Positions 1 through 18,922 of a stretch of 64,000 bases of DNA are shown piece after piece. Within the stretch, counting starts at the first letter, position 1. Each line of letters begins with the position of its first letter. Position numbers and translations under genes: made by a program. Source of the DNA: the human T2T-CHM13v2.0 reference genome, Homo sapiens; assembly GCF_009914755.1 (NCBI RefSeq), contig NC_060929.1, one strand, 5' to 3'. Under the pieces are notes generated by a model. That model was given only the letters and a program-made list of their open reading frames with translations. It ran no database searches and was not told where the DNA came from.

Positions 1-520
1 AGACCAAGAAATTTTAACCCTAACTAAATACCCAAAAAAAGTGTATATATGTTCCACAAAGGACATGGGTAAGAATGTTTATAGCAGCAGTATTTGTAAT
101 AGCCAGAAACTGGAAACAAGCCAAACATCTATCTACAGCAGAAGAGACTATTGTTTATTTATACAATAAACTACAATATAGCAATAAAATGAATGAGCTA
201 CAACAACAGAAATCAATTTCACAAACATAATGCTGAGATAAAGAATACAGACACAAAAGAGAATATTTGGTATGAGTCCATTTATATGAAGTTCAGAAGT
301 AAGCAAAGCTAATCTCTGGTGTTGGAAGTCAGGTTAGTGATTACCATTAGGGTAAGCGAGGTAGGAACTGGAAAGAAGTTTCTGAGATTCTGTCATTGTT
401 TTATTTATTGACCTGGTGCTGATTTCTTGGGAGCACTTCTTTTACGAAAATCAATTGAGCAGTACATTATGATTTGTATACTTCTGTGCATATATAAATG
501 AAATTGTATTCAAAAGTAAA
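1..520 (+). mobile_element. Old L1M (L1ME/MC-like) 3' fragment
   Basis: L1 ORF2-end/3'UTR-like text (AGAATGTTTATAGCAGCAG...AGCCAGAAACTGGAAACAA). Confidence 0.7.
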
Positions 521-636
521 ACTAAAGCACCATCCATCCCACCACCAAAAAAACCCACTTAATTAATTTGTCATTATCTAAAATGTTGATTAACTGAAAA
601 TTAACATTTAAAAGGTTGTTAAACCTATTGCTGAAA

Positions 637-719
637 CTTCAGGAAAAAATAAGAGTATTAAATACCGATTTGAAATTTAAAAGCATGCAAATTATAAACT
701 ATAGATCTCTCTGTCTCAC

Positions 720-761
<42 letters not shown>

Positions 762-1047
762 GCCCACACACACCCATGGTTTCATACCTTTATGTGTAGT
801 ACCAAAGATTATTATTCATAATTAATATCCGAACATCAATTTGCACTTCAGGAAAAAATAAGAGTATTAAATACCCATTTGAAATTTAAAAGCATGCAAA
901 TTATAAACTATAGATCTCTCTGTCTCACACATACACACACACACACACACATACACACACACATGCCCACACACACCATGGTTTCATACCTTTATGTGTA
1001 GTACCAAAGATGATTATTCATAATTAATATCCGAACATCAATTTGCA
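637..1047. repeat. Tandem duplication, 2 copies (637-845, 846-1047), each with a (CA)n microsatellite
   Basis: Both copies run CTTCAGGAAAAAATAAG...CCGAACATCAATTTGCA with few substitutions. Confidence 0.95.
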
Positions 1048-1519
1048 TTTTCAACATGTAACCAAAAGCATTCTCAACTGAATTATATGATTAAGTAAGA
1101 TTGAGGAAAAGGTTATGGTCTGTCAGTGATAATTAATCTTCTAATAAGTTATTCTAAAAAATTAAAATGATAACCCAAATGCAATTTATCAACGAATCCA
1201 TACCAGAGGCCATTAAACCTAAGACTTAGATAATTAAGGCCAAAAAATATATAAATTGAGGGTATCAGTGTCTAAAAATTCAAAAGCAGGATATGATACA
1301 AATATTTAATATATAAGTTAAAGATTGCAGATTATAATAAAGTTATAGGTGCTGTGCTAATTTTCTTTTGCTATATAACAAATTGTCACAAATTTAACAA
1401 ATTGAGGGCCTTCCTCAATTTGCTTTTCCCTCCTTTCCACTACTTCTTTTTACAAATTATCCCCTTTAGTTCAGCTTTTCTTTTATTATTATCATTAGAT
1501 TATATTATTTTTTAAAAAA

Positions 1520-1740
1520 ATTTTATTTTATTTTAGGTTCTGGGATATATGTGCAGGACATACAGGTTTGTTACATAGGTAAATGTGTGCCATGGCAGTT
1601 GGCTCCACCTATGAACCCATCACCCAGGTATTAAGCCCCATATGCATTAGTTATTTATCCTAATGGTCTCCTGCCGCGCCCCCCACCCCCCGCGCCACCC
1701 CCCATCCCCCCACACAGGCCCCAGTTTGGGTTCTTCCCCT
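1520..1740 (-). mobile_element. L1PA-type 3' end fragment
   Basis: GTGCAGGACATACAGGTTTGTTACATAGGTAAATGTGTGCCATGG is a typical antisense L1PA 3' end. Confidence 0.85.
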
Positions 1741-1765
1741 TTTCAATACTTACTTTTACTACTTC

Positions 1766-3277
<1,512 letters not shown>

Positions 3278-3293
3278 CTTCCATGCCGGTGCC

Positions 3294-3894
<601 letters not shown>

Positions 3895-4552
3895 CTGTGC
3901 CTATCTTTTTTACGTCTCTTCTTTTGGCTACGTTTCTCCCCACTACCTAATTACTACTCAGCTATGGAGGATCAGTATCATCTCATATCGTCTGTGAAGT
4001 CTTTCCTATTTCAACCCAGGATGCATTTCCATTTCTGACCTTTCACAGTACTTGTTATTTGTAACCTTTTTTAAAAAAAAAAAAAAAACACATATTATCT
4101 GATAATATAGGCAGTTGATTTTTTTTGTAAGTACGTATGTGTCGAATAATATCTTGACCAGATCCCCAGCTCTTTTAGGAGCAAAACTGTTTATTTTGTG
4201 TCTCAGTACCCACAACCCTGACTTTAACATACATAAATGAATTTTCCTTCTTTCAGAATCATTTTCCTGTCTAATAACTAATCCCTGTAGACAAGTCATT
4301 ATCATGTAGTTAAACCATTTTCTATACAAATTTTATTTTGAAAGTGAAAAGTAACTCGTAAAAAATTTACATTTGCTATTACTTAATACCCAAAATAGCA
4401 AGTTTTTAAAAAAAGATGTCTTGACGAAAGTTCTACAGAAAGTCTACAAAAATAACAAGCCCTCCATCCGGTGTATTTTTGTTTTCTCCAAAGTGCATTC
4501 TCTCCTGTTTTGTACCTCCAAAGCACTATGCCTTTGACACTGTAGTCACCCC

Positions 4553-4685
4553 ATAATAACTATCCGTACTGAGCATTAACTTTGGCCCAGGCACTCTGCT
4601 CAGTATTTTGTGAATATTATCTCCAAACCTTACCCTCATGTTACTGTAGCCACTTTTACTCCTACTTCACTTAGAGAAACACAGA
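4553..4685 (-). mobile_element. MIR-like fragment
   Basis: ACTGAGCATTAACTTTGGCCCAGGCACTCTGCTCAG...GAAACACAGA resembles antisense MIR. Confidence 0.55.
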
Positions 4686-7600
4686 CTTCCATTACCAGCA
4701 AAGTGCAATCTATATCTGAAAAACTTCCAATGAAACAACAAAAAATTGCTGGATAAAAATAACAAACCTACTTTTAAATGCATAGCTGAGCTTGCAAGAG
4801 AGTAAGGAAATCCCCAGAGGTCAAACGTGAAGACAAAACTAAAAACTAGATCTCAAAATGTGAATTGGTGCTGGACTTGTCTTAGGGTAGGGCAAAGGAT
4901 GTGTTTTCATTCACATAGATATACAGGGAGGTAAAGCTCGGATGAGGCAAGGTAGAGGCTTAGAACTGAGGCCCTCTACAAAAAGATGGACTCACTAGAA
5001 TCCAGTGAAAGTTGTGAAGTAAGAAAAAAAAAAAATGACACCAGGGGGCAGGAAAGTTTGTCATCTTACTACATTCTGGGTCCGAAAACAGTCTCCTCTT
5101 AGAATTTACCTCAGAGCAGCATTCAGATTTGAGATTAGAATTTACACTCTCTATAGGGCCTGAAGACCTTTAAGCCAAGAAATTCCAGTCTCAGTGCCAA
5201 GTCTCTACCTCTTATTCTTAGGCTTACTCTCCTCTCTGTGTCCATGAATATGAAAGCTAATAATACTCACGGGGAGCCTTGTAGAAGCAAATACCAAATC
5301 ACTCTAAGAAGTGACCCTCTTTTGCCCTGGTAATATTTTTGCTTTGAAATTCATTTTTCATCCTTATTTTGATTAGTATTGGCAGGGTATATCTTTTCCT
5401 ATCCTTTTCTTTTTTAATTATGCCTTATTTAAAGTAGGTTTTTTTGTAGATAGAATATAGTTGGATTTTGCTTTTTTGTCCAATCTGTTAATGTGTGCCT
5501 TGTCATTACGGTGTTGACTTCAGGGGGACCTTCCACAGATCTCTTGAATTCTCTTTTTACATAGCTTTCTCCTTCTTAATACTCTGATCTATAAACTCTG
5601 GTCTCCTTGGCCTTTCCATATTTCCACTTCCATCTCCTCACTTCAGAAAACCTGGCAGTCTCTTTCTATGCACCCTTTTCTTGGAAATCCTCATTTGTTT
5701 CCCATCTCTCCTTGGAGCTCTCTTTATGTTCCTATCTCTTAGGAATCATTGTCTTTTTTGCTCAATGTTGGCTGTCTTTAAAAACAGTTGTTTCATATAT
5801 TCTGTCCAGATTTTTTGTTGTTTCAGGCAGAAGGGTAAATCCAGTCCCTGTTTTTTCGTCTTGCTTAGATGTGGAAGTATAAACTATTCTAGAAGGACAC
5901 ACCATGCAGGATTCAAACAGATAACACTGTGGTTAAAATGTACTCACAATCCAAAGTTACAAAACATGTGAAATAGTCTGTTGTGAGGTAAGGTCAATAA
6001 ATACAACAAACAACATGTTTAGACCCCCCAAAAAACTTTAGAAAATAGAATTATTAGATATTAACTATGAAGTGAGTATGTTTCAAATGATTCAAGATAT
6101 GAAATAAAAAATGGAAAAAAGAACATTATATTTTCAAATGATACCAGGGAATATTGAGAAAATACCAAATAGAATTTCTAGAACTAAAAAAAAGTCATTA
6201 AAATTACATAGATAGAAATAAAAGTTCATTAAGTTTTATTTGCCTAAAATCACCCCACTCTGCATGCTAGATCTGAAACACAAGCTGTTCTAGGTAAAAA
6301 CAATGCCTATGATCTTTTTATTATACTTTGTCTTGAATTTAGTGAAAAAAATAATGAGCAATGAGGGAATTTAATATATGTCTCCTGCCAATCATTCCAT
6401 TTAACCTTAATATTTGAGTCATTAATAAAATAACATCTTTATAATGGTGACCTTAAGGAACAGCATTAATACACACACTTTAGGTTAACTTATGTAAAGT
6501 TTATATAGAACTAAAACTTGAATAAAACTGGGCTTACTTTATTTCAACCTCAGATCAGTGTCAATTTAGAAACACATCCCAAATAAATACAAATATGACT
6601 GTAAAACCTAATCATATATATTCTAATTACCCTTCAGAACTTTGTAAAAATAATCTTTATAATCTTCTTTTTACCAGGGTTTCTTTTCTCTCCTGCCTAC
6701 CAAAATAAAACAACAATAAAAAGACACAACGCTGCTCTCCACCTTTAGCTTGTTTTTTCTTCTATTTCTTCCTTCGTTGCCCTCTCTTTATTATATAAAG
6801 CAAGCCAGTCTTATTCAGTTTCTTTCATTTACATCTTTGCAAAGTGCTGGAAAACAAGTTTTGATTTTTTTTTTTTTTTTGTAGAAGAATGGGATAAGAA
6901 TAAACATGATATAACTTTTGGCTTGAATTACCAACAAGAAGGATCTGGTTGGGAACAAAGCACATCACGTTCTCAGAAACCTTTCCTCTTGTTCATTTAA
7001 TTATACTTTTGTAGAAGTGAATCCTGGTGAAAATAAAGCTATATGATTGGAAAAATCTGAGTGAGAATTGAATACAAATACGGCTTTAATGAACATCAAG
7101 CTTTTTCAGTCTTAGTTCACTTCAAATAAGGAATATGTGAATCTTAGAGTTGAAATGGCAATCAGGTTTGTTTATTTATTTTGGTCCTTACTAATCTAAA
7201 TGCCATACTGTTTTTAAAAGCTAAATTTGCTTTAACAGCTCAAAACTATAGTGCAGAGAAAGACTCTTTGTTAACAAAAATAATAAATACCTAACATACT
7301 ATGACATAATGTCCCAAAATTTGGGATGTAATATTGACTCGTAACAACTAGTCATCCACACTAATAGAGTGTTGTGATTCGACTTCTAACGGAAAGGCAT
7401 TCTGTTTTCTGGAATATTTTGTAGATGTCTTCAGATCCAGTTTGTACTATCCTTCATGCTTTTCCTTCTTTTCGGCTGGACATGAGTTATTTCCAAATAC
7501 TTGAGAATTGGTAACTTTTTTTACCAGTTGTTGGTTGATTTGAATGCATCTTTCTGAGGCGAGTCCTCTTCACCTCCCGCTGGAAACTTTTCTCTGATTT

Positions 7601-7983
7601 GTCTAAGGATCTTTACACAAAGTCAGGTATAAATGACCAACAAAATTTTAAAGCATTTCTCTTTTTATTATGGGATTTTTTCAAACATACAGAAAAGGTA
7701 GAATGAATACTGTGTGTACCATCACCTAGCTTTAACAAGTATCAATATTTTGTCAGTTTTATAATAAATTATCTCTTCTCAAATGTATTTGATAAGGATA
7801 CATATTATTTTAAGCAGATCTTCTTGTAACCCCATGTTCCTAACTTGGATCATACCTTTAAGTAGTTGTGTTCTATGTCTGCGGATAAAAAAAATCATCA
7901 TCTACTCAGAGGAAAAGGAGATTAATGAAGTGTATCTCCTCCAGAGAAGTGATTCCTTCCTTCTTTAAATAATATAATGTTTA

Positions 7984-9248
<1,265 letters not shown>

Positions 9249-9991
9249 TTTTGTAAAGTTTAACTACAGAAGGCCTGCATTTAACTTTTCAAAAGTTGTG
9301 GAGCTAGAAATTTCTTTGACGAGAAAAAAAGATTTTAATCAAATTTTGGATAGATCATTATATTTCTCACATATTTGTGGAGTTTTCTCTTTTCCACCTT
9401 GGTATTTTCACTCCAAAGTGGATGTTTGTATGGGGTGGAGAAAGAGAGAGTAATTTCAAGCAGGTTGTTCTTGATCTGTCATTACCCAAACTTTTAAATC
9501 TAACAAAAGCTTTTCCTGAATGCTAGAGATAATTAAAATATGAAAGTCCTAATGTTATTTCCTCCTTTTAATAATATCTCACTGCTGAGAGTGAAAAATT
9601 TGTTTAAAGTTGAATAACTGGGTAATGGGAGAAAAAGCAAAGATAATAACTAAGTGCATGAAAGGATAAAGTTATATAAAGGGGGAAAAAGATAGATAAC
9701 TATACACCAAAATAAATTCCAGGTGAATCAAATATTTAAGCAACATGAAAATTGAAACCAAAAAAGCACCAGAAGATAACTTGAGAGAGTTTCTAAAAAT
9801 AGTCTTGTAATAGAGGTGTTTTTAACTATGACACAAGTCTAGAAGCCATGAAGGAACCCAACTGGATCACATGGCCGTTTAGTTGCAAGGTTAGCTGGGA
9901 AAAGTTCAGTTAGCAAGAAAGGAGATGGGAAGAGGATTCTGGATAAGCAACTAACAGAATCTTCTATAATCACTGTGTTATTTCCCTGTAG

Positions 9992-10143
<152 letters not shown>

Positions 10144-10567
10144 TCTTATAAGTGCATTGCCTGATTTTATCTTTCAATGTTTTAATTACTTCAGTAAAAA
10201 TGAATGCTAATATATCAAAACAATCAGAAAATATAATATATAAAATATTTGCTACTATAGAATATGACAAAAAATTATACGTACTGTTGTTATGAAATAA
10301 TGAATTCATATTAAACAGTTATAGAAAACATGTTTGTGTAGTCCATGTAAAATGAAAGAAAATGTTAATATATATTAACTTATTAAAAAAGAAAAATATA
10401 ATTTAAAAATAAAAATATTTGCCATAAGGGATAGAAAATTGTTTCAGATGAAAATGAATCGAGTTTTATTCCTTTAATAAAACTTTTACTTATATCTTTA
10501 TTTATATCAAATGAATCAATGATATAAAGACTTTATAGCTGCAAAATATAAAGAAATAACAAGTATA

Positions 10568-10901
<334 letters not shown>

Positions 10902-11339
10902 TCAATAATTATTTAATTAGATGAATTTATTCCTGTGATGCTATGATGATTGGTTTTGTGGAACAAAAGAGCTAAACAGGCTTATATTGTCTAAGAACCA
11001 GGATTATATAAGCAGCATATCATACATGACCTCTATTGGAAGGCTCAGGAAATAAGAACATCAATACATAATTCATTTAAGAAACCTCAGGCCAAAATAA
11101 TCTCATGCTTTGATTAATACCAAGTCTTAAAAGACTGATTATTTTACTTGAGGAAAGTACAATTGTAAACCAGTCAGGCTATGTGCATAAGTCATACATT
11201 TTTAGGTGACTAGAAAAATAATATGTTGCTGTATTTTTTAACCTACTATATTTGTTTGATTTTCAAACCAAAAATTCTTAACACACTTTTCTAGTTGATT
11301 CAAGCAACCTAAGCCAATAGGTGTTGCTTTCCATGCATA

Positions 11340-11435
11340 TAACAAATGTGGGAACTGAGACTCAGAGAAGTTAATTAACTTGGCCAAGTTATGGAGCTAG
11401 TAGCGGCAGAGGTGCCAATCAAACAGTCTATCTCT
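11340..11435 (-). mobile_element. MIR core fragment
   Basis: GGAACTGAGACTCAGAGAAGTTAATTAACTTGGCCAAG. Confidence 0.75.
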
Positions 11436-11599
11436 GGCAGGATTCTAGGTTTGGGGCTAACTTACTATGTCTATATTATTATACTGTAACACTCTGTGAA
11501 CTCCCAACAAAAACTGTCAAGTGACAACAAAATCCATAAAGATTTCAAGTTAGTTTAGTTTTTCTTTCCTTAACATAATCAATCTTAGTGTTAAATGCT

Positions 11600-11735
11600 G
11601 CATTTATTTATGTGGTTACTTGATTAAATGTCTGCCTCTCTTCTCTCTAAACTGTATGCCCCATGAGAGCAAAGACTGTACCTATTTTGGCATACTATTG
11701 TTTCCCTGGCACTTCAAAAATATTTGTAAGTGGAA
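11600..11735 (+). mobile_element. L2 3' end fragment
   Basis: CTAAACTGTATGCCCCATGAGAGCAAAGACTG...CTGGCAC...AAATATTTG. Confidence 0.65.
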
Positions 11736-12441
11736 GCAGAGAAGTAGTGGGAGCCACGAGTAAGCAAAAATCATGAGCTAGAGAGGTGTGGAGAGAGGGA
11801 TGGCTGGTATTGGGGACAGATTCAGAAGCAGTAGAAGCAGTGACTGTGTTGGGGGAGCAGTGAATGAAGCAGTGTCAGAGCACCTGAGTCATGGGAATGG
11901 TGCAGCACCCGAAGGAGATAATAACATGGTCCTTATTTTTCAGACATGACACAGGCACGCCTGTTCATTCTCTGCAGCAGCTTCTGAATCCTGAACAATA
12001 AATACTATTATGGTTCCCTATGACACTAGACATTTTGTTGTGGAACAGTTTTCTTGTCCTGCCTTACTCCCCCAGGAATCCTTATAATAAACCTTCGTCA
12101 CTTGAGGTGAACTGGCCACACCTTTGGAACTTAAAAGCCTTTCAGATCTGTCAGTTGAAGATAATAATACTGTCATACTTCCTGGAGTTGTAAAAGAGTC
12201 AATGTACAAAGAAGCACTTTGAAAACTTTAAAATTTTCTACTAAGTCATGACCTTTGGACCATGCTTCTATTTTCTAGCTCAAAAAACATGTTAAATAAA
12301 AAGAAGAGACATGGAATATGTTTGGAAGCAAGCAATAATTAAACAGTCTTAGAAAACCACTTCTGGCAGGCCCTGATCTAGAGACAAAATGCATCACTGA
12401 GAAATTAGGAGCTCCTGTCTCAGTCACACCATTAACACTGA

Positions 12442-13045
<604 letters not shown>

Positions 13046-13151
13046 TGAATAAGCTTCTTAACCATGTGTGCTAAATAGTCTTAGCACACTAGGGCTTTAT
13101 AGAGTAAGATAAATATAAAATGGCTGAAATACAATGACATTCCAAAGTACC

Positions 13152-13293
13152 TAGACAGTTTCCAACTTACAATGGTTCCACTTAATGATTTTTGTACGTT
13201 ATGATGGTATGAAAGTGATGGGCATTCAGTATGCTCCTTGATTTACAATGGGGTTTTGTCAGGACGTAACTCCATCTAAGTCAAGAAGCATCT
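13152..13293. mobile_element. MER47/Tigger5-type DNA-transposon MITE, internally deleted
   Basis: Termini CAGTTTCCAACTTACAATGG and CCATCTAAGTCAAGAAGCATCTG|TA. Confidence 0.7.
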
Positions 13294-13349
13294 GTACTTA
13301 ACAGAAATAAGTTCTTCAATCCAGGGGTTCTGAAATCCTGGTACAATAG

Positions 13350-13810
13350 CTACTGTCAGTGTCAAGTCCACACCCCCTTGGAGTCACCTGTTCTGTGCAT
13401 GCCAATGGTTTCTTACTGCATGCACCAGTGGCTCTCTACCTGAGGGCTTTCTCTAGCCATGAAGATGTTCAAATTGCACACAAGGCAGTCTGGAAGTGTT
13501 GCAGAGGAGATGCTTCCAGGAGCAGCCCTCAACCAATGCCAAATGAGAACTGATGGATAAAACACATTTTCTTTGACCCTTAGGCGTAACAACTCTCAGG
13601 TGGATTCTGTGCTGTGTCCCAGAGTTTCACATGAATGGAGTGCCCTACTTATCCACAGCAGCAACCTGCTCATTTTAGCATTCCCTGTATTGGCCCCCTC
13701 CCCTTTCTTGCTCTTGAACTGAAGTATTCTGGAATCACTTCCTAAGTAAAAAATTTAACACTCAAGTACTAGTCTCAAAGTCTGCTTCTGGGGAAATCCA
13801 AACTAAGATA
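13350..13810 (+). mobile_element. LTR16-family ERVL LTR
   Basis: 3' end GTCTGCTTCTGGGGAAATCCAAACTAAGATA. Confidence 0.7.
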
Positions 13811-13824
13811 TTTTGTCAAACTAA

Positions 13825-14204
<380 letters not shown>

Positions 14205-15953
14205 TAATATATGATGAATATTTCATGAAGCTAAATTTATGTAATTCTAAGGACTTTTCCTTTTTTTTCTAAAATTATTTCCATCCTTTCTCTTTCCTCC
14301 TTCCCTCTTTCTCCCTGCTTTGAAATGTCCTTTCCTTTTATGAAATAAAGCAGCAGGAAATGGCAGTTTTGTTGTAATAACAAAATACTTCTCTCTTCAC
14401 AACATTGGCAAACTCATAATTGGCAATTCTGTAGTCTCTCAATTTTTGTGGAAACTTTAGTAGTCTATGAAACCCAGAAGTCTGAACATCACTGATACAT
14501 ACCATTATATTTACATGTCATATTTCATTGCTTTTTAAAAACTATTCGATAAACAGTGAATAGGAAGTTGAAAAATAAGAGTTCTAGTAAGATAACAAGT
14601 GAAGTTGAAAAGTCTTCAAAAGAGCACGCGGATTGAGAAATAATTATAGTTAGAAATAGAAAGCTGTTTTTAGTTGAGTAAAGTTACACTACTTACAGTG
14701 CATTTGCAGTAGTTAAAGCTCTCACCTTATTTATGATAATTATCTGACTCAAGGCTCCACTTAGCCCTTACATTGTATAGTTACTTTAAAGAGCGGTGTG
14801 TATTGCCATACTAACTGAATTTGCAAGTGAAAGCATTCCTGGAAGACTCTCAGGTAGACCAAAGAATGTAACTTGAATTAGAGACTGCAGGATTCTTGAG
14901 GTGAAAAGACCAAAGCTTAGTTGGATTTCATGACTGTGCTTCAGGTGCTATTTAAATTGTTGCTGGCATATTCAAAAAATATTATCTGTGAAAAATGGGA
15001 GTGTAATAATGAGGGAAATATGGCAAAGTCCTACCCACCCGACTCTCCCACATTCTTTGCCTTGAAACCATTCCGTTCCCTTTTCTCCTTTACTTCTACC
15101 ATGAGGTACTATCATATATAGGAGCCAGGCAAAGAAAGGAAAATACATAAATGTGCCTGGTCAGAGTAAAATAATAGGTAAAGAAAAAGAGACTAGAAAT
15201 CATGAAGGAGGAAAGGTTCTGACAAAAAATAATGAAGTATCTGCAATATAAAGACAAAATAGGAATAAAGTAAAAAAAAATAAATATATTTTTCTATTAT
15301 TTTATATTTTAAGAGATATTTAGATCTAACTGTTCTAATCTTCTTTACTCATATATTGGTTTGAATGTTTTGAGAGAGCTCTGGATAATTTACCTTGTAA
15401 TTTATTTTACAGCCTCAGAGATCATCACACAGTTCTTCAATTTCTCTATGGTATTTATAATTTTCATAAATCTTAGTTATTATACCACATATGGTAATCT
15501 CTGCAGAGTTATTTGCCTTTTCATCAAAGTATTTCCTTTAACCTGTATCTCCTCGATGTTATTTTCTCATAAGATCTTTGTAATAAAAAAATTTGTGCTC
15601 TGGAGGGTTTTAAGATAAAGTCAATAAATGCAGTGGGGACATTAGGGTTAGAAGTAAAGGCTTTCTTTCAAAATTATTGGGTCAATGAAACCTTTTGATA
15701 CTATTTAGGTAAATTTGGAAGGCTATTTGTGTAACTCAATATGTACTAGGGCATGGAACACAATTTGGCATTCTTCAAACACAGCAGTAAGCTCTTTATT
15801 ACTTCTTGGTTAGTCCTCCCATCAGAAACTATTCTTACCTATGCTCTAAGGTCCTCTAAAATTACAGTTATGTTACTGAGTTAGAATTACCTTTCCACAT
15901 ACTCAAGATATCAAAACTATAAAATATTTTGGAACGTAGTACATTCATATTTC

Positions 15954-16104
15954 TTTTTCTTTTTTTTTTTTTTGAGACAGAGTCTTGCTCTGTCACCCAG
16001 GCTGGAGTGTTAGCCAGGATTGTCTCGATCTCCTGACCTTGTGATCCGCCCGCCTCGGCCTTCCAAAGTGCTAGGATTACAGGCGTGAGCCACCGCACCC
16101 GGCC
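15954..16104 (-). mobile_element. AluY-like element with a ~150-bp internal deletion and 13-bp TSD
   Basis: TSD ACATTCATATTTC at 15941-15953 and 16105-16117; junction GCTGGA-GTG-TTAGCCAGG. Confidence 0.92.
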
Positions 16105-17501
16105 ACATTCATATTTCAGTTGCCAATGAAACCAGAATGAGCCAACTTCATTTCTTAAATTTTCAGTTTCTTTTCATACACAAGTTTTTGTCCAGCACTT
16201 TTTATTATTTAGTCTTCATTAAATACTATGTTTCAAGATCCAGAGTAACTTTTCTAAAATCACAGATATAATAGCTTATTTTACTAAAGGTAAAATATAT
16301 TTTGAATTTTCTTTCTTTTGTGTACTATTCTGTTTTTCAATACCTCCCTGTTTAATATCTGTGAATTTAATTAAGATAGTTTACTTCCCTTTGTTAACTG
16401 GGCAGAAAGTTAAGGTGGGTAGAAAAGAAAGGCAATGGACAAAAATTAAGTAGAAACATTAAATCCTTTTGGAAAAAATGAAAATAAAGATAGACAACGT
16501 ATTTGAGATTCAGAAAGTACACAAGCAATAGTAAAGATTAGAGCCTAGATCTATCCAATAATAGGAATATATTAAATATCTGAAAATACCTCATAAAAAT
16601 ATGTGGCAATTTCTTTGGAGGAAAAGAACAGGGCTAACTCTAAGGCTAAACAAAAACTAGGTAAGATATTGGTATAAGGCTGATTTACAAATAGACATAG
16701 TAGTTATTTCCTACTGGTTAAGAAATTGATTTCCAAAGATGGGAGCTGATCAAATTTGGTATTTGTTAAAAGGATGAAGATCTGTTCAAAGTAGCATACT
16801 GAGGTTGCCTAGGACTGGGCTAGGCAGTAGAATAGACCACAGGTTGTATTTGCAGTACAGTTTTGTAGGTACATACACCTAAAAGTCTAGAAAACATTTA
16901 ATTGAGCATTTGATAGGTGTTAGACTGCATTAAATATTGACCTTTACAAGTGCTAAAGAATTGTCAAAAAGGAGGAGGTAATTCTGCAGTAAGAGTAGTG
17001 AGCCTCACCTGGACTCCCAGGCAACATACAGAGGGTGTGTGAACATTTAGAAATCAGTGATAACCAAGAGCCGGTGATAACCTGCCAGTTCAATGTCCTG
17101 CATTCAAGGGCTGACAGTGGTGACTGGGACAGGAATGTTGGAGGATTGGGATGCTAACACACTGGAGGTTTTCAAGCACAGGCTATATTAAGATTTGTTG
17201 GGATTGTTGCACTTGGTGTTCACACAGCAGACAGTAAGTAGAGTAGGTATTTTGATAGTCTTGTCTAACTGAGGGTCTAAGTTTAAAAGAAAACTGTTCT
17301 CAGGGAGGCCACCATAAGTAGTACTTCATTATTAAGTATTATGGAACTACTTCATTCTCATTTCTAGAACAGCACAGAGCTTGGCAACTCAAAACCCGCC
17401 TATTTTACCTACCCACCTAATGAATGACATTTATTATTTCTTTCAGAACCGTTTTTAGGTATTGCATACCTCCTTCTTGATTAGTATACTATACATTAAT
17501 A

Positions 17502-17645
17502 TAGTGGTTCTCAAACTTAAGTGTGCAAACAATCACTTGGAGGGTTTGTTAAAATGGATCGCTGCATATTTTCTGATTCAGAAGGTCTGAGGTGGCATTT
17601 CTGAATTCCTAGGATGTTGCGGCCTGAATTCACTTTGAGAACTCT
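17502..17645. mobile_element. MER5A-type hAT-Charlie MITE
   Basis: TIRs AGTGGTTCTCAAA ... TTTGAGAACTCT. Confidence 0.8.
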
Positions 17646-18911
17646 AGCTCCTGTGACTGGTCCATCTTCCTTCTCCCAGGTAGCACACTGCTAAGAGATA
17701 TGCGTAATGGAGGCCCCAGGACTACTCCTAATCAAGTTGGATTGTTGTCATTGACTAGGTAAATAGGCCTGTGCAAACTTACAAAGGCAATGCATTGCCT
17801 GTATCTTGTCACGTCTTTTAGTGGTCTTTTCTCTTTTTCCTGGGTTTCTATCACAGCCACTTGCCATCCTGAGTGTTAGTTTGATCATCCTTAGCACAGA
17901 AAATATTGATCTCAAAGATCAATATCCAATGGTATTTAATGTGGGATCACTCCTGGGAGAATTTAACAATATTGTTAATTTCAAACCATGGGAAGCTCCC
18001 TCTACATGAATGCATAGTTTGTATACATTTTAGTGTAAAAGACAAAATAACACCCTTCTCCTTAATTGTATTAAAAATGAGTTTTCAGTTTATTGCTACT
18101 TTTGAAACGATATATAATTATAACTAGCATTCTGGGACATTCTTGACATTTGACTTGTTGAAGGTGCTTGCATTGTGGATCACGTCCTGCAGTCTTTTGC
18201 ACACAAACCAGGACAAAAGTGCATTGATTAGTGTTTTCTGTGGCACCTCCTCCTCTTCATCAGTATCCAACAGACTTATAATGGCATAGGTAAGTATATG
18301 AGACAGTTGATAAAGAAAAACGTATGCAAATACTGGTAGAAATCTTACTTCATAACCACTATTTCTACTCAAATTCTTCACCCTTCTCATATGGTGCCCT
18401 TTATTTCGTTTTGGAGTTTCAGAATCTATTTTAACTGTGTGTGTGTGAGATAGTCATAGTGATTTATAGCATGCAACGAAAAAGAAAACATTAATAGTAC
18501 TGCCCCGATCTTCAAAGCTACCTGACCCCTGCCCGGTTTCTGCGCTGCTGGTTAAGGCTGTTTTTTCCACTGGTCAGGAAGTACGGAACTAGTTTCTGGG
18601 CATTTTCCTTTCCCTTTCCCCCTCCTTCCTCTCCACCGCCTCCTGGTCCCCCTCTGGTCTCTCCGGCTTTAACAGCGCCAAGCACCCGCGTGCTCAGGTA
18701 CCCTTCCCTCTTCTCCCGCCCATCAAACAAAGCCCCGGGAGACAGGCGCGCGCCGCCGGCCACGCCAACAGGAGATGCGGCCGCGCCGCCACACGCTTGG
18801 AACCGGAGGAGGACAGCAAGCGCGACCACGCACCGCGCGTCCCCGCCGCTTCCTTCCCTCTGGACTCTTCCTTTTCCTCCCGGCCCGGCCCCCCGCCCCC
18901 GCTCCGGGAAC

Positions 18912-18922
18912 GCGCCTGCGCA
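18912..18922. promoter_or_regulatory. NRF1-type motif GCGCCTGCGCA
   Basis: Matches GCGCNTGCGC, ~90 bp upstream of the putative initiator. Confidence 0.6.

Noticed and set aside
637-1047. CRISPR-like or repeat-spacer array
   Set aside because: Only two adjacent copies with no unique spacers, in eukaryotic DNA.
18124-18390. 88-aa minus-strand ORF with a DTDEEEEV acidic patch, divergent from the promoter
   Set aside because: No recognisable homology or supporting structure; cannot be distinguished from chance without conservation or Ribo-seq data.
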